A model generated the notes under the pieces. It made no database searches. It was not told the origin of the DNA and worked only from the letters and a program-made list of their open reading frames with translations. Source: the human T2T-CHM13v2.0 reference genome, Homo sapiens. From it: DNA of 64,000 nt. The stretch lies in the NCBI RefSeq assembly GCF_009914755.1, contig NC_060948.1; one strand, written 5' to 3'. Of this stretch, positions 13,501 through 28,353 are shown one piece after another (position 1 is the first letter of the stretch; every line of letters starts with the position of its first letter). The translations under genes were made by a program, and so were the position numbers.

Positions 13501-14167
13501 CACGGAATGGAATGCACTCGAATGCAATGGAGTCGAAACTAATGGACTGGAATAGAATGGACTCGACTGGTACGGACTCCAATGGAATGGAATCGAATGG
13601 AAGGGAATCGAACGGAATGGACTCGAAGGGAAAAGACTGCAATGGAAAGGTCTCGAATGGAATGGAAATAAATGGAATGGAATGGAATCGAATGAAATGG
13701 AGTCAAAAGGAATGGAATCGAATGGCAAGAAATCGAATGTAATGGAATCGCAAGGAATTGATGTGAATGGAACGGAATGGAATGGAATCCAAAGGAATGG
13801 AATAGAATGGAATGGAATCGAATGGAAAGGACTCGAATGGAAATCACTCGAATAGAATGCAATTTAATAAAATAGGACCAAATGTAATGGAATGGAATGG
13901 AAAGGAATCGAAACGAAAGGAATGGAGACAGATGGAATGGAATGGAACAGAGAGCAATGGTATAGAATGGAATGGAATCATCTGGAATGGAATTGAATGG
14001 AATGGAATAATATGAAATGGAATGGAATGGAATGGAATGGAATGCCCTTGAATTAAATGGACTGGAATGGAATGGACTCGAACAGAGTGGAATGGAAAGT
14101 GTTGAGATAGAATGGAATGGACTCGTTTGGAATGGTCTAGTAGGCAATGCAATCGACTGGCAGGGAA
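10599..14167 (+). repeat. DYZ1 unit 4 (3569 bp)
   Basis: Anchor spacing 10599 to 14168. Confidence 0.9.
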
Positions 14168-17100
14168 TCAAAAGGAATGTAATCGAATGGATTGGACTGG
14201 AATGCAATGGACTCGAATAGATTGGAAACGGAATGCAAAGGAATGGAATGGAATAGTATGGAATGGAATGGAAAGGAATGGAGTGGAATAGAGTAGAGTG
14301 GAATGGAATGGACTGGAAAGAAATGGACTGGAATGGAACTTTCTTGAATGGACTGGAATCAAACGGAATGGAATGCAATGCAATCAAATGGCATGGAATA
14401 AAATAGAATGAAAGAGAATCAAATGGAATTGAATCGAATGGAATCGAATGGATTGGAAAGGAATAGAATGGAATGGAATGGAATTGACTCAAATGGAATG
14501 GACTAGAATGGAATGGATTCGAATGGAAGGCAAAGGAATGGAATCTATTGGAATGGACTGTAATGGAATGGAATGGAAGGGATTGGAATGGACTCGAATG
14601 GAATGGACTGCAATAGAAAGGATTCGAATGGAATGAAAAAGAATTGAATGGAATAGAACAGAATGGAATCAAATCGAATGAAATGGAATGGAATAGAAAG
14701 GAATGGAATGAAATGGAATGGAAAGGATTCGAATGGAATGCAATCGAATGGAATGGAATCGAACGGAATGGAATAAAATGGAAGAAAACTGGCAAGAAAT
14801 GGAATCGAAATGAATGGAGTGTTATGGAACGGACTCAAAAGGAATTGAATGTAATAGAATGGAGTGGAGTGGACTCGAATATAATGGACTGGAATGGAAT
14901 GAAATCACATGGAATGGGAACGAATGGAATGGAATGGAAAGGAATGGAATCGAATGGAAAGGAATCGAATGGAAGGGAATGAAATTGAATCAACAGGAAT
15001 GGAAGGGAATAGAATAGACGGTAATGGAATGGACTCGAATTGAATGGACACGAATGCTCAAATTGAATGGACTCGAATGGAATGGAAACGAAAGGAATGT
15101 CATCGAATGGAATTGAATCGATTGGAATGAAATCGCATAGAATGGAGTGGAATCAAATGGAATTGAATCGAAAGGAAAGGAAGCGAATGGACTGAAATGA
15201 AATGGAATGGAATTGAATGGAAAGTAATGCAATGGAATAGAATGGAACGAAATTTCACGGAATGGAATCAAACTGAATGGAATCAAATCAATGAAATCTA
15301 ATCAAATGGAATGGAAAGGAATTGAATGGAGTAGATTGGATTGGATGGGATTGGAATGAAATGTACTGCAAAGGACTCGAATTTCATGAAACGGAATGGA
15401 ATGAATTGGAACGGAATGGACTCGAATGGAATGGAATGTCATGGAATGGCATCAAATGGAATGGCATCAAATGGAATGGAATCGAATGCAATGGAATGCT
15501 ATGGAATGGAATGGAATGCATTGGAATGGAATGTCCTCTAATGGAATGGATTCGAGTGGAATGGCATCGAATATAATGGAGTCGAATGAAATGGAATTGA
15601 AAAGAATGGGATCGAATACAATGGAATATACTGGAATGTAATGTAATGAACTCGAATGTAATTGACTGGAATGGAATGTACATGAATGGAATGTAATCGA
15701 ATGGAAAGTAATCCAATGGAATAGAATCTAATGCAATAAAATCGACTCAAATAGAGTAGAATGTAATGGAATGGAGTGCAGTGCAATGGAATGGAATGGA
15801 ATGGAATGCAATGGAATGGAATGGAATGGAATGGAATGGAATGTAATTTAATGGAATGGGATGGAATGGTATGGAATGGATAGTAATGGACTGGAGTGAA
15901 ATGGACTGGAAAGGAATGGACTCAAATTGAAAGGGCTCGAAAGGAATGGAGTCAAATGGAATGGTCTGGAATGGAATGAACACGAATGTAATGCAATCCA
16001 ATAGAATGGAATCGAATGGCATGGAATATAAAGAAATGGAATCGAAGAGAATGGAAACAAATGGAATGGAATTGAATGGAATGGAATTGAATGGAATGGG
16101 AAGGAATGGAGTGAAATTGTATGCAGTAGAAGAGAATAGAATGGAATGCAAGCGAAAGGAAAGGAATGGATTGGAATGGAATGGAATTCATTGGAATGGA
16201 AGGGAATGTAGTGTAATGGACAGGTCTGGAATAAAGTGGAATGCTACGGTCTCGAATGGAATAAAAATGTATGGAATGGAATGCAATGAAACGGAATCGA
16301 ATGTCATAGAATGTAATGGAATGCAAAAAAATGGAATCCAAAATCATTGACTGGAAAGGCTGGGTGTCGAAAGGAATTGACTCCAATGGAATGGAATCGA
16401 ATGGAATGGAAGTGAATAGAATCGAACTAAATCGAATGGAATGGAATTGATAGGAACGGAATGGAAAGGAATGCAATGATTTGGCATGGAATGGAATCGA
16501 ATGGCATCGAATGGAATGGAATGGAATGCAATGGAATGGAAAGTATTAGAATGTAATGAACTTTAATGGAATGTACTCGAATGGATTCGACTGGAATGGA
16601 ATGTTCTGGAAGTGAATGGACTCCAATGGAATGGATTCCAAAGGAATGGAATCGTACGGAATGGAATCTAATGGAATGGAATTAAATGGAAATGAATCAA
16701 ATTGAATAGCACGGAATTGAATTGAATGGAATGGAATGCAATGGAATCTAATGAAACGGAAAGGAAAGGAATGGAATGGAATGGAATGGGCTGGAATGGA
16801 AAGGAATCGAAACGAATGGAATGGAATCGAACTGAAGAGACTGGAATGGAATGCACTGGAATGGAAGGGAGTGTAATGGAAGGTTCTCGAAAAAAATGGA
16901 ATCGAATGGAATGGAATTGAATGGAACGGAATAGAGTCGAATGGAATTGAATGGAATGGAATGGACTAGAGTGAAATGGAATCGAACCACAAGGGATGGA
17001 CAGGAATACAATGGTCTCGAATTGAATGGAATCGTATGGAATGGCATCAAACGGAATGGAATGGACAGCCACGGAATGGAATGCACTCGAATGCAATGGA

Positions 17101-17736
17101 GTCGAAACTAATGGACTGGAATAGAATGGACTCGACTGGTACGGACTCCAATGGAATGGAATCGAATGGAAGGGAATCGAACGGAATGGACTCGAAGGGA
17201 AAAGACTGCAATGGAAAGGTCTCGAATGGAATGGAAATTAATGGAATGGAATGGAATCGAATGAAATGGAGTCAAAAGGAATGGAATCGAATGGCAAGAA
17301 ATTGAATGTAATGGAATCGCCAGGAATTGATGTGAACGGAACGGAATGGAATGGAATCCAAATGAATGGAATAGAATGAAATGGAATCGAATGGAAAGGA
17401 CTCGAATGGAAATCACTCGAATAGAATGCAATTTAATAAAATAGGATCAAATGTAATGGAATGGAATGGAAAGGAATCGAAACGAAAGGAATGGAGACAG
17501 ATGGAATGGAATGGAACAGAGAGCAATGGTATAGAATGGAATGGAATCATCTGGAATGGAATTGAATGGAATGGAATAATATGAAATGGAATGGAATGGA
17601 ATGGAATGGAATGCCCTTGAATTAAATGGACTGGAATGGAATGGACTCGAACAGAGTGGAATGGAAAGTGTTGAGATAGAATGGAATGGACTCCTTTGGA
17701 ATGGTGTAGTATGCAATGCAATCGACTGGCAGGGAA
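14168..17736 (+). repeat. DYZ1 unit 5 (3569 bp; HaeIII site lost)
   Basis: Anchor spacing. CAGGTCT instead of CAGGCCT at 16221-16227. Confidence 0.9.
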
Positions 17737-20700
17737 TCAAAAGGAATGTAATGGAATGGACTGGACTGGAATGCAATGGACTCGAATAGATTGGAAACGG
17801 AATGCAAAGGAATGGAATGGAATAGTATGGAATGGAATGGAAAGGAATGGAGTGGAATAGACTAGAGTGGAATGGAATGGACTGGAAAGCAATGGACTGG
17901 AATGGAACTTTCTTGAATGGACTGGAATCAAACGGAATGGAATGCAATGCAATCAAATGGCATGGAATAAAATAGAATGAAAGAGAATCAAATGGAATTG
18001 AATCGAATGGAATCGAATGGATTGGAAAGGAATAGAATGGAATGGAATGGAATGGACTCAAATGGAATGGACTAGAATGGAATGGATTCGAATGGAAGGC
18101 AAAGGAATGGAATCTATTGGAATGGACTGTAATGGAATGGAATGGAAGGGATTGGAATGGACTCGAATGGAATGGACTGCAATAGAAAGGATTCGAATGG
18201 AATGAAAAAGAATTGAATGGAATAGAACAGAATGGAATCAAATCGAATGAAATGGAATGGAATAGAAAGGAATGGAATGAAATGGAATGGAAAGGATTCG
18301 AATGGAATGCAATCGAATGGAATGGAATCGAACGGAATGGAATAAAATGGAAGAAAACTGGCAAGAAATGGAATCGAAATGAATGGAGTGTTATGGAACG
18401 GACTCAAAAGGAATTGAATGTAATAGAATGGAGTGGAGTGGACTCGAATATAATGGACTGGAATGGAATGAAATCACATGGAATGGGAACGAATGGAATG
18501 GAATGGAAAGGAATGGAATCGAATGGAAAGGAATCGAATGGAAGGGAATGAAATTGAATCAACAGGAATGGAAGGGAATAGAATAGACGGTAATGGAATG
18601 GACTCGAATAGAATGGACACGAATGCTCAAATTGAATGGACTCGAATGGAATGGAAACGAAAGGAATGTCATCGAATGGAATTGAATCGATTGGAATGAA
18701 ATCGCATAGAATGGAGTGGAATCAAATGGAATTGAATCGAAAGGAAAGGAAGCGAATGGACTGAAATGAAATGGAATGGAATTGAATGGAAAGTAATGCA
18801 ATGGAATAGAATGGAACGAAATTTCACGGAATGGAATCAAACTGAATGGAATCAAATCAATGGAATCAAATCAAATGGAATGGAAAGGAATTGAATGGAG
18901 TAGATTGGATTGGATGGGATTGCAATGAAATGTACTGGAAAGGACTCGAATTTCATGAAACGGAATGGAATGAATTGGAACGGAATGGACTCGAATGGAA
19001 TGGAATGTCATGGAATGGCATCAAATGGAATGGCATCAAATGGAATGGAATCGAATGCAATGGAATGCTACGGAATGGAATGGAATGAATTGGAATGGAA
19101 TGTCCTCTAATGGAATGGATTCGAGTGGAATGGAATCGAATATAATGGAGTCGAATGAAATGGAATTGAAAGGAATGGGATCGAATACAATGGAATATAC
19201 TGGAATGTAATGTAATGAACTCGAATGTAATTGACTGGAATGGAATATACATGAATGGAATGTAATCGAATGGAAAGTAATCCAATGGAATAGAATCTAA
19301 TGCAATAAAATCGACTCAGATAGAGTAGAATGTAATGGAATGGAGTGCAGTGCAATGGAATGGAATGGAATGGAATGCAATTGAATGGAATGGAATGGAA
19401 TGGAATGGAATGGAATGGGATGGAATGGTATGGAATGGATAGTAATGGACTGGAGTGAAATGGACTGGAAAGGAATGGACTCAAATTGAAAGGGCTCGAA
19501 AGGAATGGAGTCAAATGGAGTGGTCTGTAATGGAATGAACACGAATGTAATGCAATCCAATAGAATGGAATCGAATGGCATGGAATATAAAGAAATGGAA
19601 TCGGAGAGAATGGAATTGAATGGAATGGAATTGAATGGAATGGGAACGAATGGAGTGAAATTGTATGCAGTAGAAGGGAATAGAATGGAATGCAAGCGAA
19701 TGGAAAGGAATGGATTGGAATGGAATGGAATTCATTGGAATGGAAGGGAATGCAGTGTAATGGACAGGCCTGGAATAAAGTGCAATGCTACGGTCTCGAA
19801 TGGAATAAAAATGTATGGAATGGAATGCAATGAAATGGAATCGAATGTCATAGAATGTAATGGAATGCAACAAAATGGAATCCAAAATCATTGACTGGAA
19901 AGGCTAGGTGTCCAAAGGAATTGACTCCAATGGAATGGAATCGAATGGAATGGAAGTGAATAGAATCGAACTAAATCGAATGGAATGGAATTGATAGGAA
20001 CGGAATGGAAAGGAATGCAATGATTTGGCTTGGAATGGAATCGAATGGCATCGAATGGAATGGAATGGAATGCAATGGAATGGAATGTATTAGAATGTAA
20101 TGAACTTTAATGGAATGTACTCGAATGGATTCGACTGGAATGGAATGTTCTGGAAGTGAATGGACTCCAATGGAATGGATTCAAAAGGAATGGAATCGTA
20201 CGGAATGGAATCTAATGGAATGGAATTAAATGGAAATGAATCAAATTGAATAGCACGGAATTGAATTGAATGGAATGGAATGCAATGGAATCTAATGAAA
20301 CGGAAAGGAAAGGAATGGAATGGAATGGAATGGGCTGGAATGGAAAGGAATCGAAACGAATGGAATGGAATCGAACTGAAGAGACTGGAATGGAATGCAC
20401 TGGAATGGAATGGAGTGTAATGGAAGGTTCTCGAAAAAAATGGAATCGAATGGATTGGAATTGAATGGAACGGAATAGAGTCGAATGGAATTGAATGGAA
20501 TGGAATGGACTAGAGTGAAATGGAATCGAACCACAAGGAATGGACAGGAATAGAATGGTCTCGAATTGAATGGAATCGTATGGAATGGCATCAAACGGAA
20601 TGGAATGGACAGCCACGGAATGGAATGCACTCGAATGCAATGGAGTCGAAACTAATGGACTGGAATAGAATGGACTCGACTGGTACGGACTCCAATGGAA

Positions 20701-21280
20701 TGGAATCGAATGGAAGGGAATCGAACGGAATGGACTCGAAGGGAAAAGACTGCAATGGAAAGGTCTCGAATGGAATGGAAATTAATGGAATGGAATGGAA
20801 TCGAATGAAATGGAGTCAAAAGGAATGGAATCGAATGGCAAGAAATCGAATGTAATGGAATCACAAGGAATTGATGTGAACGGAACGGAATGGAATGGAA
20901 TCCAAATGAATGGAATAGAATGGAATGGAATCGAATGGAAAGGACTCGAATGGAAATCACTCGAATAGAATGCAATTTAATAAAATAGGATCAAATGTAA
21001 TGGAATGGAATGGAAAGGAATCGAAACGAAAGGAATGGAGACAGATGGAATGGAATGGAACAGAGAGCAATGGTATAGAATGGAATGGAATCATCTGGAA
21101 TGGAATTGAATGGAATGGAATAATATGAAATGGAATGGAATGGAATGGAATGGAATGCCCTTGAATTAAATGGACTGGAATGGAATGGACTCGAACAGAG
21201 TGGAATGGAAAGTGTTGAGATAGAATGGAATGGACTCCTTTGGAATGGTGTAGTATGCAATGCAATCGACTGGCAGGGAA
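17737..21280 (+). repeat. DYZ1 unit 6 (3544 bp)
   Basis: Anchor spacing 17737 to 21281. Confidence 0.9.
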
Positions 21281-24200
21281 TCAAAAGGAATGTAATCGAA
21301 TGGATTGGACTGGAATGCAATGGACTCGAATAGATTGCAAACGGAATGCAAAGGAATGGAATGGAATAGTATGGAATGGAATGGAAAGGAATGGAGTGGA
21401 ATAGACTAGAGTGGAATGGAATGGACTGGAAAGAAATGGACTGGAATGGAACTTTCTTGAATGGACTGGAATCAAACGGAATGGAATGCAATGCAATCAA
21501 ATGGCATGGAATAAAATAGAATGAAAGAGAATCAAATGGAATTGAATCGAATGGAATCGAATGGATTGGAAAGGAATAGAATGGAATGGAATGGAATGGA
21601 CTAGAATGGAATGGATTCGAATGGAAGGCAAAGGAATGGAATCTATTGGAATGGACTGTAATGGAATGGAATGGAAGGGATTGGAATGGACTCGAATGGA
21701 ATGGACTGCAATAGAAAGGATTCGAATGGAATGAAAAAGAATTGAATGGAATAGAACAGAATGGAATCAAATCGAATGAAATGGAATGGAATAGAAAGGA
21801 ATGGAATGAAATGGAATGGAAAGGATTCGAATGGAATGCAATCGAATGGAATGGAATCGAACGGAATGGAATAAAATGGAAGAAAACTGGCAAGAAATGG
21901 AATCGAAATGAATGGAGTGTTATGGAACGGACTCAAAAGGAATTGAATGTAATAGAATGGAGTGGAGTGGACTCGAATATAATGGACTGGAATGGAATGA
22001 AATCACATGGAATGGGAACGAATGGAATGGAATGGAAAGGAATGGAATCGAATGGAAAGGAATCGAATGGAAGGGAATGAAATTGAATCAACAGGAATGG
22101 AAGGGAATAGAATAGACGGTAATGGAATGGACTCGAATAGAATGGACACGAATGCTCAAATTGAATGGACTCGAATGGAATGGAAACGAAAGGAATGTCA
22201 TCGAATGGAATTGAATCGATTGGAATGAAATCGCATAGAATGGAGTGGAATCAAATGGAATTGAATCGAAAGGAAAGGAAGCGAATGGACTGAAATGAAA
22301 TGGAATGGAATTGAATGGAAAGTAATGCAATGGAATAGAATGGAACGAAATTTCACGGAATAGAATCAAACTGAATGGAATCAAATCAATGGAATCTAAT
22401 CAAATGGAATGGAAAGGAATTGAATGGAGTAGATTGGATTGGATGGGATTGGAATGAAATGTACTGGAAAGGACTCGAATTTCATGAAACGGAATGGAAT
22501 GAATTGGAACGGAATGGACTCGAATGGAATGGAATGTCATGGAATGGCATCAAATGGAATGGCATCAAATGGAATGGAATCGAATGCAATGGAATGCTAT
22601 GGAATGGAATGGAATGCATTGGAATGGAATGTCCTCTAATGGAATGGATTCGAGTGGAATGGAATCGAATATAATGGAGTCGAATGAAATGGAATTGAAA
22701 GGAATGGGATCGAATAGAATGGAATATACTGAAATGTAATGTAATGAACTCGAATGTAATTGACTGGAATGGAATGTACATGAATGGAATGTAATCGAAT
22801 GGAAAGTAATCCAATGGAATAGAATCTAATGCAATAAAACCGACTCAGATAGAGTAGAATGTAATGGAATGGAGTGCAGTGCAATGGAATGGAATGGAAT
22901 GGAATGCAATGGAATGGAATGGAATGGAATGGAATGGAATGGTGTGGAATGGATAGTAATGGACTGGAGTGAAATGGACTGGAAAGGAATGGACTCAAAT
23001 TGAATGGGCTCGAAAGGAATGGAGTCAAATGGAATGGTCTGGAATGGAATGAACACGAATGTAATGCAATCCAATAGAATGGAATCGAATGGCATGGAAT
23101 ATAAAGAAATGGAATCGAAGAGAATGGAAACAAATGGAATGGAATTGAGTGGAATGGAATTGAATGGAATGGGAACGAATGGAGTGAAATTGTATGCAGT
23201 AGAAGAGAATAGAATGGAATGCAAGCGAAAGGAAAGGAATGGATTGGAATGGAATGCAATTCATTGGAATGGAAGGGAATGTAGTGTAATGGACAGGCCT
23301 GGAATAAAGTGGAATGCTACGGTCTCGAATGGAATAAAAATGTATGGAATGGAATGCAATGAAACGGAATCGAATGTCATAGAATGTAATGGAATGCAAA
23401 AAAATGGAATCCAAAATCATTGACTGGAAAGGCTGGGTGTCGAAAGGAATTGACTCCAATGGAATGGAATCGAATGGAATGGAAGTGAATAGAATCGAAC
23501 TAAATCGAATGGAATGGAATTGATAGGAACGGAATGGAAAGGAATGCAATGATTTGGCATGGAATGGAATCGAATGGCATCGAATGGAATGGAATGGAAT
23601 GCAATGGAATGGAATGTATTAGAATGTAATGAACTTTAATGGAATGTACTCGAATGGATTCGACTGGAATGGAATGTTCTGGAAGTGAATGGACTCCAAT
23701 GGAATGGATTCAAAAGGAATGGAATCGTACGGAATGGAATCTAATGGAATGGAATTAAATGGAAATGAATCAAATTGAATAGCACGGAATTGAATTGAAT
23801 GGAATGGAATGCAATGGAATCTAATGAAACGGAAAGGAAAGGAATGGAATGGAATGGAATGGGCTGGAATGGAAAGGAATCGAAACGAATGGAATGGAAT
23901 CGAACTGAAGAGACTGGAATGGAATGCACTGGAATGGAAGGGAGTGTAATGGAAGGTTCTCGAAAAAAATGGAATGGAATGGAATGGAATTGAATGGAAC
24001 GGAATAGAGTCGAATGGAATTGAATGGAATGGAATGGACTAGAGTGAAATGGAATCGAACAACAAGGAATGGACAGGAATAGAATGGTCTCGAATTGAAT
24101 GGAATCGTATGGAATGGCATCAAACGGAATGGAATGGACAGCCACGGAATGGAATGCACTCGAATGCAATGGAGTCGAAACTAATGGACTGGAATAGAAT

Positions 24201-24809
24201 GGACTCGACTGGTACGGACTCCAATGGAATGGAATCGAATGGAAGGGAATCGAACGGAATGGACTCGAAGGGAAAAGACTGCAATGGAAAGGTCTCGAAT
24301 GGAATGGAAATTAATGGAATGGAATGGAATCGAATGAAATGGAGTCAAAAGGAATGGAATCGAATGGCAAGAAATCGAATGTAATGGAATCGCAAGGAAT
24401 TGATGTGAACGGAACGGAATGGAATGGAATCCAAAGGAATGGAATAGAATGGAATGGAATCGAATGGAAAGGACTCGAATGGAAATCACTCGAATAGAAT
24501 GCAATTTAATAAAATAGGATCAAATGTAATGGAATGGAATGGAAAGGAATCGAAACGAAAGGAATGGAGACAGATGGAATGGAATGGAACAGAGAGCAAT
24601 GGTATAGAATGGAATGGAATCATCTGGAATGGAATTGAATGGAATGGAATAATATGAAATGGAATGGAATGGAATGGAATGGAATGCCCTTGAATTAAAT
24701 GGACTGGAATGGAATGGACTCGAACAGAGTGGAATGGAAAGTGTTGAGATAGAATGGAATGGACTCCTTTGGAATGGTCTAGTATGCAATGCAATCGACT
24801 GGTAGGGAA
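21281..24809 (+). repeat. DYZ1 unit 7 (3529 bp; EcoRI site lost)
   Basis: Anchor spacing. CAATTC instead of GAATTC at 23257-23262. Confidence 0.9.
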
Positions 24810-27800
24810 TCAAAAGGAATGTAATCGAATGGATTGGACTGGAATGCAATGGACTCGAATAGATTGGAAACGGAATGCAAAGGAATGGAATGGAATAGTA
24901 TGGAATGGAATGGAAAGGAATGGAGTGGAATAGACTAGAGTGGAATGGAATGGACTGGAAAGCAATGGACTGGAATGGAACTTTATTGAATGGACTGGAA
25001 TCAAACGGAATGGAATGCAATGCAATCAAATGGCATGGAATAAAATAGAATGAAAGAGAATCAAATGGAATTGAATCGAATGGAATCGAATGGATTGGAA
25101 AGGAATAGAATGGAATGGAATGGAATTGACTCAAATGGAATGGACTAGAATGGAATGGATTCGAATGGAAGGCAAAGGAATGGAATCTATTGGAATGGAC
25201 TGTAATGGAATGGAATGGAAGGGATTGGAATGGACTCGAATGGAATGGACTGCAATAGAAAGGATTCGAATGGAATGAAAAAGAATTGAATGGAATAGAA
25301 CAGAATGGAATCAAATCGAATGAAATGGAATGGAATAGAAAGGAATGGAATGAAATGGAATGGAAAGGATTCGAATGGAATGCAATCGAATGGAATGGAA
25401 TCGAACGGAATGGAATAAAATGGAAGAAAACTGGCAAGAAATGGAATCGAAATGAATGGAGTGTTATGGAACGGACTCAAAAGGAATTGAATGTAATAGA
25501 ATGGAGTGGAGTGGACTCGAATATAATGGACTGGAATGGAATGAAATCACATGGAATGGGAACGAATGGAATGGAATGGAAAGGAATGGAATCGAATGGA
25601 AAGGAATCGAATGGAAGGGAATGAAATTGAATCAACAGGAATGGAAGGGAATAGAATAGACGGTAATGGAATGGACTCGAATAGAATGGACACGAATGCT
25701 CAAATTGAATGGACTCGAATGGAATGGAAACGAAAGGAATGTCATCGAATGGAATTGAATCGATTGGAATGAAATCGCATAGAATGGAGTGGAATCAAAT
25801 GGAATTGAATCGAAAGGAAAGGAAGCGAATGGACTGAAATGAAATGGAATGGAATTGAATGGAAAGTAATGCAATGGAATAGAATGGAACGAAATTTCAC
25901 GGAATGGAATCAAACTGAATGGAATCAAATCAATGGAATCCAATCAAATGGAATGGAGTAGATTGGATTGGATGGGATTGGAATGAAATGTACTGGAAAG
26001 GACTCGAATTTCATGAAACGGAATGGAATGAATTGGAACGGAATGGACTCGAATGGAATGGAATGTCATAGAATGGCATCAAATGGAATGGCATCAAATG
26101 GAATGGAATCGAATGCAATGGAATGCTATGGAATGGAATGGAATGCATTGGAATGGAATGTCCTCTAATGGAATGGATTCGAGTGGAATGGAATCGAATA
26201 TAATGGAGTCGAATGAAATGGAATTGAAAGGAATGGGATCGAATACAATGGAATATACTGGAATGTAATGTAATGAACTCGAATGTAATTGACTGGAATG
26301 GAATGTACATGAATGGAATGTAATCGAATGGAAAGTAATCCAATGGAATAGAATCTAATGCAATAAAATCGACTCAGATAGAGTAGAATGTAATGGAATG
26401 GAGTGCAGTGCAATGGAATGGAATGGAATGGAATGCAATGGAATGGAATGGAATGGAATGGAATGGAATGGAATGGGATGGAATGGTATGGAATGGATGG
26501 TAATGGACTGGAGTGAAATGGACTGGAAAGGAATGGACTCAAATTGAAAGGGCTGGAAAGGAATGGAGTCAAATGGAATGGTCTGGAATGGAATGAACAC
26601 GAAAGTAATGCAATCCAATAGAATGGAATCGAATGGCATGGAATATAATGAAATGGAATCGAAGAGAATGGAAACAAATGGAATGGAATTGAATGGAATG
26701 GAATTGAATGGAATGGGAACGAATGGAGTGAAATTGTATGCAGTAGAAGGGAATAGAATGGAATGCAAGCGAAAGGAAAGGAATGGATTGGAAAGGAATG
26801 GAATTCATTGGAATGGAAGGGAATGTAGTGTAATGGACAGGCCTGGAATAAAGTGGAATGCTACGGTCTCGAATGGAATAAAAATGTATGGAATGGAATG
26901 CAATGAAACGGAATCGAATGTCATAGAATGTAATGGAATGCAAAAAACTGGAATCCAAAATCATTGACTGGAAAGGCTGGGTGTCGAAAGGAATTGACTC
27001 CAATGGAATGGAATCGAATGGAATGGAAGTGAATAGAATCGAACTAAATCGAATGGAATGGAATTGATAGGAACGGAATGGAAAGGAATGCAATGATTTG
27101 GCACGGAATGGAATCGAATGGCATCGAACGGAATGGAATGGAATGCAATTGAATGGAACGTATTAGAATGTAATGAACTTTAATGGAATGTACTCGAATG
27201 GATTCGACTGGAATGGAATGTTCTGGAAGTGAATGGACTCCAATGGAATGGATTCAAAAGGAATGGAATCGTACGGAATGGAATCTAATGGAATGGAATT
27301 AAATGGAAATGAATCAAATTGAATAGCATGGAATTGAATTGAATGGAATCGAATGCAATGGAATCTAATGAAACGGAAAGGAAAGGAATGGAATGGAATG
27401 GAATGGGCTGGAATGGAAAGGAATCGAAACGAATGGAATGGAATCGAACTGACGAGACTGGAATGGAATGCACTGGAATGGAAGGGAGTGTAATGGAAGG
27501 TTCTCGAAAAAAATGGAATCGAATGGAATGGAATTGAATGGAACGGAATAGAGTCAAATGGATTTGAATGGAATGGAATGGACTAGAGTGAAATGGAATC
27601 GAACCACAAGGAATGGACAGGAATAGAATGGTCTCGAATTGAATGGAATCGTATGGAATGGCATCAAACGGAATGGAATGGACAGCCACGGAATGGAATG
27701 CACTCGAATGCAATGGAGTCGAAACTAATGGACTGGAATAGAATGGATTCGACTGGTACGGACTCCAATGGAATGGAATCGAATGGAAGGGAATCGAACG

Positions 27801-28353
27801 GAACGGACTCGAAGGAAAAAGACTGCAATGGAAAGGTCTCGAATGGAATGGAAATTAATGGAATGGAATGGAATCGAATGACATGGAGTCAAAAGGAATG
27901 GAATCGAATGGCAAGAAATCGAATGTAATGGAATCGCAAGGAATTGATGTGAACGGAACGGAATGGAATGGAATCCAAAGGAATGGAATAGAATGGAATG
28001 GAATCGAATGGAAAGGACTCGAATGGAAATCACTCGAATAGAATGCAATTTAATAAAATAGGATCAAATGTAATGGAATGGAATGGAAAGGAATCGAAAA
28101 GAAAGGAATGGAGACAGATGGAATGGAATGGAACAGAGAGCAATGGTATAGAATGGAATGGAATCATCAGGAATGGAATTGAATGGAATGGAATAATATG
28201 AAATGGAATGGAATGGAATGGAATGGAATGCCCTTGAATTAAATGGACTGGAATGGAATGGACTCGAACAGAGTGGAATGGAAAGTGTTGAGATAGAATG
28301 GAATGGACTCGTTTGGAATGGTCTAGTATGCAATGCAATCGACTGGCAGGGAA
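24810..28353 (+). repeat. DYZ1 unit 8 (3544 bp; haplotype A)
   Basis: Anchor spacing. Shares diagnostic variants with unit 11. Confidence 0.9.

Noticed and set aside
13539-14795. 418-aa minus-strand ORF and the ~300-aa ORFs at equivalent unit positions
   Set aside because: (ATTCC)n has no stop codons and translates to IPFHS repeats. ORF limits shift with 5- and 10-bp indels, and there is no recognisable domain.
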